Assembly: GCF_000150275.1 (NCBI RefSeq)
Contig: NW_002060945.1
Coordinates: 1,492,199-1,556,198 of the forward strand
Direction of reading: 5' to 3'
Length of the DNA: 64,000 bases
Source of the DNA: Trichoplax adhaerens
Taxonomy: Eukaryota; Animalia; Placozoa
The notes beneath the pieces were generated by a model. The model saw only the letters and a program-made list of their open reading frames with translations. It ran no database searches and was not told the DNA's origin. A program made the translations under genes and the position numbers. Shown piece by piece: positions 1 through 12,475 of the stretch. Within the stretch, counting starts at the first letter, position 1. Each line of letters opens with the position of its first letter.

Positions 1-1159
1 AGCTAAAGCCCAAAATTCAAATATTTTCCCTCTTAATTCGGACTTTAACCCCCAATTCAAGTCTGCATCATCATTCAACATGTAGAGTCTAGTTTCTCTT
101 TTACGTAGGTTACGCCATGATGAGACTACTGTAGCTAGAAGCTATCGATACTGTATAGTGTACAAGACACTAGCGAGCATACTATACTGAATAGTGTATT
201 CCAAGACTTCGGATTATGTTGTGTCAATACCGGAAGTACTGAGACTACAATATCGTTGTCATAGTATCCGACTTCCATCTTTCCTTCTTGTTTGATCATT
301 TATTATTCAGCAGAAAACTGCTGCGTCGATGCTTTTGATCTTCCCTCTTGCTTTCATCAGGGTAAGCTTTTCCTCTTCTACAGTAATGGAAGTTGTAAAG
401 ACGCTCAAGTACTTTCTTGTAGCGTTGTATTGTGTTGAAACTCTATTTCTATCTCTTAGTTTAGCTTTTGCAAGAAAAACCCTATTTTCATTATCGTTGT
501 TGTTACTCTGCTACCTTGTCAAATTATGGAGGAAGGTTTGTCAATTTTGGATATTCTACATGTGTTAGTTAATCATTATTGAGAAATTAGTGATCGTATA
601 CTACATCAAGTATCTATAGTAGATGATAAATTACTAGAAGAATGATGGAATGTAGCAACAGATAGGAAGATAGATGTCATCGATGACTAGATTTTCACCT
701 GATCAATAGCCAGTATTCGGTAGTTTATGAATGTATGTAGAATAAAATCTTTTTCGCTCTACTGTGCAGTATACAAGAATTATGCTGTAAATTGTACAAT
801 AGTCTCTTTCATCAACCTCACACCATATTTCGCACTTTAATATTACCAATCTATGGCAATGGCTTGGTTCTTCTGAATTTCAATTACTGCATGATTACTG
901 CATGATTACTGCGTGATAAAATGACATCAAATCATCACTTATCCAAAGGATATTACTGCAGCTATGGATTATAGACAAGTGTTATTTGTGCTTTAACATG
1001 TTAAAAATACTCTCGATTGCATGACTAAACTCCGTATTAAACCTCTCTCATACCATATTTATGCTATGTACAAATGTACATGAAATTGATATTTACTTGT
1101 ACAGTCTTTCCAATGCATGTATATATATTGCACAATCTATTAATATAGAAATGCAAAAC

Positions 1160-1632
1160 AAAATACAGCAGATCATCACTATCCTGGTGGTTTTGAAAGT
1201 CACAGTTATGTTACGTGCAAGGGTATAGTGTATGAAATTCGCTTTGATGGCATGCCAATATCGGATAATCCAGATGTTCAAAAATAGGCACCAATGTACA
1301 GTAGATCCACCTTATGGCTTTGAAAAACTAGGTTTATGGTATATGCAAGAAGACATGCTATTTCAATTCATAGTTTCTTAATTGAAACCAACAAGATACA
1401 ATATAAATAAAGAAAAAAAGGGAGCTAAAATGCAGTAGGTCATCCAATCCTAACGGCTTTGAAATCATATTTATGCTACATGAGAGAATAAATGAAACCC
1501 ACACTTTCGATCTCTTGATTATCCGGATGTGTGTGTGAGGATTCAGTCTGGATTTTGAAAAATAGAAGCCAGAATAACATTAGGTTGCCTGAATCCCTAA
1601 TGGCTTTAACTCTTTGTTTATCGGATGTACAA
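1160..1632. repeat. Degenerate tandem repeat, ~130-bp period, 3-4 copies
   Basis: Units start at ~1160, ~1293, ~1427 and partially ~1575. They share CAG(C/T)AG.TC...CCT..(T/C)GG(C/T)TTTGAAA...TTATG.TA..TG, and two end in GAT(A/T)ATCC(A/G)GATGT. Confidence 0.6.
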
Positions 1633-2522
1633 TAATAATACACTTGCTATCTTCGTCAGATCCAAGGCAATATAGTCTAGCCATAAACCAATTATAGCAA
1701 AGATGCTATAAGCCTGTAATAAAACCTGCTCTACTTTTTTACTGTAATTAAAGTGTAGTTCATGCAAGTAATTTTAGAATAGCAGATTTTATTACTGGTT
1801 CTCTATCGATTGAGATACTACGTAGATAATAGTACAACAAGCTCCAAGCCGCCTCCAACAGACAAGGAAAACTTCCTACAACAGCAGATCTTAGAAAAGA
1901 AGGACTAAGAACAACAATGACAGAAAAGTGTAGCTGCTTAAATATGTTACCTAACTTGTTTACAACATGATAATTGCGAAAAACATAATTCAACGCTTAC
2001 AGAACTTAGTATGAGAATAAAATGATATGATTAGTATCATATTCTATGAAGCTGAAATCAACATACTTGAATTATCACAAACATTACTTATATATATATC
2101 TATTATTGTTAACAACCCTAGATTTTGGTATTATTTTAAGTTATATCTAATTCACCTCTACATAACATGTTGACAACAATAGCTTGTCTAACAGCTTGAC
2201 TACAAAGCCGAAAATATGGTAGCCAGCCAAAATATTAATAGCTTTTCATACAGCATTTACATTTTATGTACTGGAATGCGTAGAATAGTGTAAATCTAGC
2301 AAATAGATCAATCATTTACATGTCATAGGATATAGCTGGTTACTATGAAATGATGAGATTGCATTTCGTAACTGATACTGGTAAATTAGCTTTGTCAACA
2401 TGCTAAAGTAACCTAAAACGTACATTACAAAAGTATCAAATAGCTAAAATTGTTGCAATTTGTTGAAAACCAGAAAATTAAAATTTCCAATGTAATTAAC
2501 CTTGGTGTAGCATGTGTATATG

Positions 2523-3664
2523 TTGAGAGTTAAAACAAAATATACGTTTAAGTTTGTTTAAAATCCAATAAATCCGTGCTACTGTAGATACACAGACACT
2601 AACTATGGACTCAAATGATGAAACTGCCTCTCAAGATGCTGAAATTACTAAGCAAGGTAACAAAAAGTTTCCACTTATAAGTAGAGAATTGATATTCCCA
2701 TGTCCGATTAAAATCTAACAAGAAACTCACATCACATTACATGTAGAGACACAAACTATGGACACAAAGGAAGATAATACCTGCCAAGATGCCGCTGAAG
2801 AAGGTGAGAGAAGCTCTTTTTCGCTGTCAGAGAAATTTTTAGTTTTTATCTTAAATATCAGGATTACGTATGACTATATTTATAAAAGATTGCTCTATCG
2901 ATAGCTGGTTAATATCATTGTCACACGGCTAATACACAACAACTCGCAGATAATCACTTTTACTTATACCACATTTACAGGGGCGATATAGTTATATAGC
3001 ACTTTACTTATTCTGTTTGCTAAATAAACTAGCATTACAAGATATCGATACAGTGATCAATGAGAATATTCATGACACTTTTTTATCTACATTGAGAGTA
3101 ATAAAAATATGCATTTAAATTTGTTTAAATCTAATAAATCCGTGCTGCTTTAGATACACAGACATTAGCTATGGACTCGGATAATGAAATTACCTCTCAA
3201 GATATTGGAATTACTAAGCATGGTAAAAGAAATTTTCAGCTCATAAGTAGAAGAATTAGTATTACCTTATCTCATTAAAATCTAACAAGGAATTCACGTC
3301 ACCTTACATGTAGAGACACAAACTATGGACTTAAATGAAGATAATACCAGCCAAGATAGTGCAACCGCTAAAAAAGGTGAGAAGAGTTCTTTCTTTACAG
3401 TCAGAGAAATTTTCATCTTAAATATTAAGACTGCGTATGATTATAATTGTAAAGGATTGCTTTTACGACAGTTTGTTAATGTTATTATCACACTGCGGAT
3501 GATCAATAACTCACACATAATCCTTATTACTTATATCATATTTGCAGAGGCCATTAAATTATACATCACTTTACTCAATCTACTCGCTCAACAAACTAGC
3601 ATTACAATAATAAGATATCAATGCAATGATTACTAAGAATATTCTTGACATCTCTTTATCTACA
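2523..3664 (+). repeat. 566-bp tandem duplication carrying two micro-exons per unit
   Basis: Exon 2588 corresponds to 3154 and exon 2747 to 3314. Intron sequence is also alignable (AATAAATCCGTGCT, ATTAAAATCTAACAAG, ACAAACTATGGAC, AAACTAGCATTACAA, TTTATCTACA). Confidence 0.95.
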
Positions 3665-6394
3665 ATCATGGAATTACCATTTAATTCGTTTTGCTATTAT
3701 TCGATAGTACCAAGTCGACAATCATCTCAAGACTTCCAAAGTGGTACTAGACGTAATTGCGATGGTATTGATATCATATACGAAAATAATCACATATCTG
3801 CAACTTTATTAAATCATCATGCTACCCTTAAATCTTATACATGATATTCTTCTATGATACTGCACTTTCAAGATCAATATGAACAAAACTTTCCATCAAC
3901 ACTGGAGGGATTTGGATATAAATTTGATGAAGGTTATGCAGCTATTGTTATTTGATAGTGCCAATAAATAACTGATCATGTGTATCATAGCGTTACGAAA
4001 ATTGAAAAAGATTTCTGTAATAATTATAAGTATTGAAGTCACTTATATACTAGTAGTACGTCAATTAATTTAAAGTATTCAACGTAACGTTTTGAAAGTA
4101 GAATCGGGAAAGATATCAAATTTTTTCTCATATTTTCAAAAGCAGATGGTGAATTGAGAAATATAAACTCGAATAGCCCATTTGTATTTGATGTCTCAAG
4201 CAGTGGAAGCTATAATCAGAAACGCTATGAAGCTCTCGGAGAAGTTCGTTGTATACTCTATTACACAAATTCTTCGTATAAATTACCCATGCAAGTTTAC
4301 AAACGTTTCAATTCTACCAATTTTTTAAGGTAATTGAAAAGTATGTTTACGAACTTCTTGTTAAAGATTGCCATCTGGAAAAGATTACCTTACCGGTTTG
4401 TATATTAGATTTTGTTAGTCACTGATATATAACGTTGGGGGAACTCGACGCCTACGAGTGCAATGCAAACTTAGTTAACTCTATTTTTAGGTTGATCACA
4501 AGAAAGACGAACCCACGAACTTCATTTTCGTTAGCGACGATGCTAAGACTAATCGAGAGAAATTAATGATTCTGATTCATGGCTCTGGCGTAGTTCGAGC
4601 TGGTCAATGGGCAAGACGGTATATGATATTAGTATCATTCTTGTACAATATAGTAAAGCTGATACCGATGTCAATATTCAAATCAACCTACTGTATAATA
4701 CTCAAAATGATTTTATTCTTGGTTGATTAGCCTAATCATCAATGATAGTCTCGAGAGTGGCACTCAAATTCCATATATAAAAAGAGCGCAGCAGGTTTGC
4801 AATAGCTATAAAACAAGTTTTGACTTATCCATTTTTAACAAATATCATAAAGTTACTATATTATAATCTCATATACGAGTGTAAGACTGTAAGTAATCAA
4901 ACCATAGTCTAATTTGTAGCAATAACTCCCTTCAACATGTAAGAACGTATCAAATATCGATTGAAAGATACTTTGTATGCACTATGGTGATATCACTATT
5001 CTATACGTTTACTGCTGTAATATCGACATTTAAGCGTAACGCTGGTATGGTTTTATGGTATTAGTTGACCTATATGCTTATTACTAAATAAGAGGTTTAT
5101 AACGAATTTATCTCTGCGATTTTACCTCAAAAGTATCCGGCTAGACATAAAAATAGAATTTACATTGCTTATAGTATATAAAGTATACATTGTACATGAA
5201 TAATAAGTTTGTGATAAATGGAATCTTTGTAAATTATTAATACAAAGTCTTTAAGACTTTCAAGGAGGCAGTTTATGTTTTAGCAAATATATACATACAA
5301 TTTATGTTAGGTTTGGTATGATAAGAGGCTACTTAACTTAATGTCATATCCTAATGTTCAAATTGTTATGATGGTCTTTTAGGAAGGTTATGGTGTAGTC
5401 GTATTAAATACCAATTATAACTATGACGAAAAGAGGAGATTTATTAGGGTAAATTAAACATGTAGTATAACTAAATGTGATACCGTTGATACTTGCTGTC
5501 TAATTCTGTCACTGTTGATATAAATGGAGGCATACGGCTATTTCAATTCTAATACCTTATGCTACCTACTCTGTCAAATGTAAATAAACGTAACTTCTAG
5601 TATTTTGAATTAAAATAGGATTTGCTGTATCATTAAAGGGTAAACTAATGATAGATTAATGTATTACAGGGTAGCGAATGTCCTGAAAATCATTTTGTTT
5701 ACGTTTGGGATAAAATTATTTCTGAAATGCTGGCTAAAAAAATCTTTATTGTAGCGCATAGCTATGGGGGCGCTGCTATTGTGAACACGGTATTGGAGTC
5801 ATTGGGTTTAAATTTCAGAGGCTTACTTACTTTGAAAAAATTTTAACTTTTATTAATTTCAAGTCAATGTACAGTTATCTAGAGCAAATGAGTGTGTCCT
5901 GCAAAGAATATCTGCTATCGCTTTAACGGATTCAGTGCACAGTCTTCATGAAATGAAAACCAGAAGATTCCCGGTATTCTGGAGAAAGGTAGTTAAATCG
6001 CTACCAATATAGTTTGTATCCGACCGAGAGATTTTTCAGTAACACGCGTATGATTTGCTCATGGTGTCATCGGTAAAAGATTCGAAAATGGATATATATG
6101 ATTTATAGGTTGCTGTAAATTGGGTAACATCCAGTCAAAAGACTGATACAGTCCTTTCTACGGGAAACGATATTGATTGTCAATGTCGATCGGCGGGTAA
6201 GGTGATACCTTATGCTGAAAGAGCTTTATACTACTTTATAGCAGTAAATTTTTCCGTGGAATGCTCTATGTATCACCCATTTAAAATTGCATGATTGCTA
6301 TGTAGGGGTGACGAAGCATGAAGAAACTTCCTTTGGAGCTTTCAATGCGGTATTCAAGTATTTTTCACAGAAGGCGAAAAAGACTAATAATTAA
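2605..6394 (+). CDS. FAM172A: FAM172A/ARB2A (Arb2 domain, alpha/beta-hydrolase fold) protein, multi-exon; the true start codon is uncertain because exon 2588 has an upstream splice acceptor
   Basis: Spliced exons at 2588-2656, 2747-2803, 3154-3222, 3314-3376, 3708-3752, 3873-3932, ~4147-4243, ~4330-4394, ~4491-4618, ~4730-4793, ~5383-5448, ~5670-5789, ~5874-5988, ~6109-6196 and ~6306-6394. They translate to [98 protein letters not shown] and KHEETS, all recognisable FAM172A motifs. Stop TAA at 6392-6394. Confidence 0.92.
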
Positions 6395-7188
6395 ATTTAA
6401 TTGTATAAGAAAGAGTTTGTCGAGATTGTTCTGATCTAGAAATTTTTCTATTGATGCAGTTTCAATATGGAATGATTTAGGATATTACACGGTTTATAAT
6501 ATTTGCTGTGCCCTTATACTAACAGCAATATACATGTGGTGTAGAGTATAACCTATTTAACAAACCTTACAGCCGATCTATGAATATGATGCTAATTTTT
6601 ATTACCTTTAAAAATCACAGTGACTTGACTAATTCAATTCATAAGACATGTTATGTCTGAATTGGTCTCTTATAGCACTAAAGCCATATATAGTAAATAG
6701 CAATTTTTTAACTTTATAAGGCATCTCTAATGGTATTTGCTATGATATAACATGATATAATAATTCTGTACATAACTCTTAATTTTTGTCTCAATCGTTG
6801 ATTGTATCTACTGCAACGCTAGGGCATGACACAAAATTTAGATAGCATAATTAATTCCTTTAGATCTTATCTTATTACATATTTTTGAAAAAGTGACTGC
6901 TTGTCTACTATACTTATCAACTACATTAATTAAATAAAGAATGTCAACAACAATCCCAGTAGGTTGTCGGTATCAGATGGTTAATCTATAATCCACGAGC
7001 AGTACACTTATTTCTTACATAGTGAAAGCTGTAATAATCAGCAGGATATTAGTAACGTATTCATTGAATAATGAGATATTTGTCGCACCAAATGCTACAA
7101 CCTTTTTTAGATACGTAGATTACAGACATAATTTGCTACTGCAGTATTACAGAGATTTTCAAAAGGTTCAAAGTCTCATTCAGATCCA

Positions 7189-8828
7189 TTAATTGTGATC
7201 TGAATAAATAGCGCCAAGTACACCGCCAATCACAATATCCCCTTGATCTGAAAATGGATATTCAACAACATCAGTTTAATTCAGTAGTTTTTATATATTA
7301 AATTTAAGTATATAATAATATTGTGCACACAACAAAATATTATCATCAAACTATTGTAAGTATTAGGTTGTACGATAAATATAATAATTTCTAATTGTTC
7401 ATAGAAAGTTTAGCGGAGATTATAGTGCAAAATTGACTGTGATCTAGAATCTAAACTCATGTGCAGTACGAGTACAGTAAGCCTATTTCATATTATTGTT
7501 ATTATCATATTAGAGTAGAAGGGCAAAATACAATAATTTTACTAGGTCAGCTTGTAGAGCTATTTGTATCCACGAACTCCTTAGAGCTGCAGAAATGTAC
7601 GTACATTGTCGAGTTGACATTATTTATCAGATATCGCCTTAGAAGCTATTAGATTATCAAGATAAATTGAAACTTTATTTATCATCACCTTTATTTGTAG
7701 GTCCAAAACTTTCTCGTGCATCGCTTGAAAACCGCATTATAGGTTGAGTATTATTTATTCTATAATAAATCAACCAACCAAAATTTTTTCATCAGCTTTT
7801 CTAAATGAAATACCCTGTTCCTAATTAAGAACCTCTATTACGGTGTAGCTACATACTTAATAACGGAAATATGTTTTTAAGTTTAGATGCATTTACAGTT
7901 GCGCGGTATAATTTTGCATCATATCTACACTAGTAGTAACATACAGCACGGAGGTATTGAATAATAAACATAGTAGAGGACGCTAAATTCATCTACGAAA
8001 AGAGAGAATTTCAATGGAAATCTTACATTCCACTGAGGATGTAATTATTATCACTATTAGAACGGCTTTTGCTGCCTATCCCTAAGAATTCATGTAATAC
8101 GGCATTGATTTTTCTATCGCCACGGCTTACTATATCCTAATATGTAAAATTGCAAATAGCAAAAATTATTACTGAAAATGAAAACTATACAATCTATATA
8201 GTAAACAATGAAAACGAGGAGCAATAATATCATTAACAATTGATAATTGAGAATATTAATCACGTAAGTCATTACCTGTAAATAAATTTCTAATAATTTT
8301 CGACGAGTTTCAACGACTTTAGGGTTATTTTTCATTAATGTTCTTTTAGGAAACTTTGGTAAATTTCGACAGACATCTTTTAACTGTCAGGTTCCGTAGT
8401 TTGTGTTGTTTCGATTATTACCAAATATGCCAATTTATTGAAACAATCCACAATTATTATTATTATCACCTCTGTTGTATAACCTGCTAATTCTGATAAT
8501 TTGGCTATCGCGTAGATATTTATGAAACTGATCTTTAAGCTATTCGATGGAGAGCTTTAATGAGACCAACACTATTTACTAAATCTTACTATACTTAATG
8601 AGCTTACCGATTTATGAAGATCTAGGAATTCACTATAACGTTTTTCAATAATTTGTAGTGCTGTGCCTTCCACAATTTCAATTGCATATGCCTAGTATGA
8701 AGGAAGAAGAAAGGATTACAGTTTGAAAACTATTTTGCTACAACATATAAACGGTGTAATAAACTCACGGTATAAGCAGAGAATCCAGTATGGACTTCAC
8801 GAGCATTACGTATATCTATTTCAATCAT
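7189..8828 (-). CDS. SNX24: Sorting nexin 22/24 family PX-domain protein
   Basis: Exons at 8769-8828, ~8608-8691, ~8276-8385, ~8027-8136, ~7689-7760 and 7189-7247 give MIEIDIRNAREVHTGFSAYT, IIEKRYSEFLDLHK, LPKFPKRTLMKNNPKVVETRRKLLEIYLQ, LHEFLG, QPIMRFSSD and DIVIGGVLGAIYSDHN*. This matches the SNX22/24 PX domain and the C-terminal VIEGVL-type motif. Confidence 0.85.
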
Positions 8829-11800
8829 TTTTACCTTCAATTTAGCCCGACCTTGATTTACTTAATATTCTGCAAGTTAGACATAGAAGCAAAGTTAACA
8901 TGACATATCTATGCCAATATGCAATCAAGAATCAAGGTCAATATTAATCAAGATGCTGCCGGGTAGTACAGCAGTATCATGCCTTCATTATCGGAAACTA
9001 GCACACTATAAATAAATTCCTCAACCATACATCAACATCAGAAGTGCGTAGCCTTCTTGATTCAATTACTTCTTTTAAAATATCTTTGCTAGTACAGTTT
9101 ACGTAATCATGATGTGTTGCATATGTACTACTAAGTGCAGTATTAACAACCCTGGGTTGATTGCTACAAAAGTAAGCGTTGATATGTATATACGAGTACC
9201 ATTATTTTCTGATTAATCTCTTTCATGATATAGCTCTACACATTACAGAATGCTGCTGTACGGTGTACAATATAAGAGAAAAAGGAGATGTTGCGGGTAG
9301 CTTGCGATGTTATAAGGTCATCTTTGACCCTTGTAATATGGATGATATTATTATATAAAGTACTGGCACCGGCCGTCTGCCGATCTAACAAGGAACTTGT
9401 AAGAGAAGTTGATACAGTCATGTTGAAATGACTATCATTAATTAACTCTCAATATGCACAGTATAAGTAATTCGAATGGGCAACATTTAATCAGTTACTA
9501 GCTTACTAATTTATACAAGCCCTTCAAACAGGCTGATTCTGATTCCATTTGTTCAAGTTTACTGTAATGTCTATACTGCATAAACAAGCGTTGAAGATGC
9601 AGTACAATATTGAACTACTGTATTACGATTCAGATTGTCTGAGGGAACTGCCTATTCTTCGGACTGAGTTCTATCAGACGATATCATTCAAGGCATTTTA
9701 AGCAGTTTACTGAAATCGTTCCTCTTCTTCTTCTTACTACGGTAGTAAGCTATGCTGCCGTCTACAAATGTTGACTTGATAAAATTAAGAGTTCATTAAA
9801 TGATCACTTTCCATTGTTCATCCATACGTACGCTATTCATTCTTTTAATTACTACATTATGCTTAAAGATAGAGTAGACAGGATCATGAAAATAACCTTC
9901 AACTAGTTCTGCGTTACTACTAGCTTGAAGAACGCCAGTAATGATGATCGGTGCCTGTAACTCTAGAGAACTACAGTACAGTACACCGCGATTCCTGGAT
10001 AAAGATGGAACGATTACAGTAGGCCATCATCATTGATTCCAAATCAGAAATTAACAACAGCTCGTATTAACCTTATCGTTGGCAGTAGGTACGAATTGAA
10101 TGGATATTCTTCGTTGACATTCAAGAGGCTAATGGAGGAAATGGGCTGCTATCATGATATTCAAGTGGAGATTGTCCCAATGAATTAGAAACCAAAGTCG
10201 ATTGAAAAATCGCCGGCTCTTCAATCACGCTATGGTACTGAAGGACAGAGTGTACGGAATCAACTAACCCAAGCTGCTACCGGAGTATCCTCCTCATTCA
10301 ATTACTCTACCACTGGGACTCTGGTCATGGGACTTCTAGGAGATCTAGAAGTCCATGCTGTAGTATTGTATAACATATATCCATTTGTCCAGGAATGGAC
10401 GAAAGGACCTTTAAATAAATAAATGAACTTGTAATAAAAGAATAGAAAAAACTATAGACTACGGTAGTACCATAATGATGTGATAGCGCAAGGACAAATG
10501 TCGATATTGTAGATATACGCTATGCCATCGAACCCTAATCGGGCAGGGCAGGTGTCAATTTGATCCAAATCCTTTTCACTAGTACAGACTGTGGACATCA
10601 GTACAATCAAAATTTTCCAACTTTTTTACCAGTCCTATCCCGCCATTACACCTCATTACTTAATTAACAGCTAATCCAAATACGACAGTACTACAGCTTA
10701 ATATTCATGCACCCATGTTAATCTATAGTACAAAGTTCGAAAATCAACTATCCGACTTTACAGTTTTTAAGTTAATTAAGGGGGACGGGATACAAAGGCT
10801 TTCCGCGTTACTGAGAAATATTATACAATTCGGCCATTATTGGCTATGCAAATACACTTTTAGGCACAATACTGTACAATGTACCGTCCTATGTACAGTG
10901 TACATACAGATAATGTACAGCACCGTATTAGTCCACATGCATCATTACTAGTCCTAGACTTTCTAGAAACTTGAAACCATTAGCGGAAAGCACTCTTGCA
11001 AAGTCTAAAATATCGTAAATGCTTTTGATATATTTGGCACTACACTGTGGCCAGGGATCACATTGATGAGTGTGCCTGTGAATGCAGTACCGTTATTAAG
11101 GAATGACATCTCCATTCCTCGACTAGTCTAGGAATCATGGCGTACTGAGTATGTGCGATAGATGGACAGAGAGAAAAAAAATCCCTTGGGCTAAGCGAAT
11201 CATAGAACAAACAGTAAACCGTTAGTACAAGCCCTTAGGCATTGCCGTAGCGATAGTCCAAATGGTTTCATTCGCATTTCGCGCGTAAAAAGTAAAAACA
11301 TCCATCTTTTGTTTTCTACGTAACGCTATATAGTGTAGAACTCACTTGTTCACTCAGTCAGCGCCTAATTGGATACTTCTCTATTACATCCATCGACGTA
11401 CTACTATACTTCTGACAAGTATCAATACCGAAACAATTTACACCTTTAGGACAGTATGCTACATCACCACCTTGCAAAATAATTATAGATATCCTATCCT
11501 GTAATTGGACAAACCAAACTATTAATTATTTACTATTAGTTTCATCTAACATCGAATCGTAATAATTCAACGTTGAGCTGCTCATTCTAAAACAACAGTA
11601 TAAAATTCAGATTCTCTTGTTGTCATCTAACCAACTTACTTTGAAGCCACAAAATGGCCATAACATGCAGGATGTTGCAATGACGATGATAAACAATCTC
11701 ATTCGAAGGCACATACTTTTCTCACAACTATACGTTTTTCATTTTTTTTATTCATGACGTCATGAACATTTAATATGTCAGCTGTGAAACGCAAAAACAA

Positions 11801-12475
11801 GAGTAACTGAGACGAGATTTTTAACTACTGCTGTTCTTCTCAATCTCAGTCTCTACACAGAAAGGTAAATAATTGCTAATTATCATTAATGTTACGGCTA
11901 AAATTAAAATTATTTGTACTTAATAATTAAGTATGGCTGGTGCTACTCTACTGTATAAAGTGCCTGTTTAATATCAAGAACACAATGTAATCTTATTAAT
12001 CAGTATAGCTATATTATTACTCGATGGGAATATTCCTTTTTTTTGACAACCGGCCACAAGCCATACTTGAAATACCGTATGAAAGAACAAGAAACTCATT
12101 CGTAATAGTTGCAAATAGTCAATTACGGAAATATAGATTAAGTAATGTAGTAATTACTGGTATAACTAAATAAGAACATATAGCTACCATACTGTAAGGT
12201 AATTAATTATAAGAGGATTAACTCATCTACACCATACATTAAAAGCAAATAGCATACATCAAAGCTTATTGGCGTACTATTATCTACTGTAAATCTAATA
12301 AATGCCGAATGTTTCATGTGTCAAAACAAGACATACAAAACAATACGCGGAAAACGAAACACAATTAAGCATAAAATTAAGGGGAAATTTTTGTTTTTCT
12401 CCGCTCGCAATTCTTTCCTTAAGTAACAGTAACTTGAATAGCTTTCCCTTTTTAAGACAGAATTATTCTGATCCT

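Noticed and set aside
329-568. 79-aa hydrophobic ORF
   Set aside because: It runs through a strong donor at ~362 into intron-like sequence, and I could not join its phase-0 end in frame to the phase-1 FAM172A exons.
884-915. ATTACTGCATG repeated three times
   Set aside because: Ordinary short slippage repeat.
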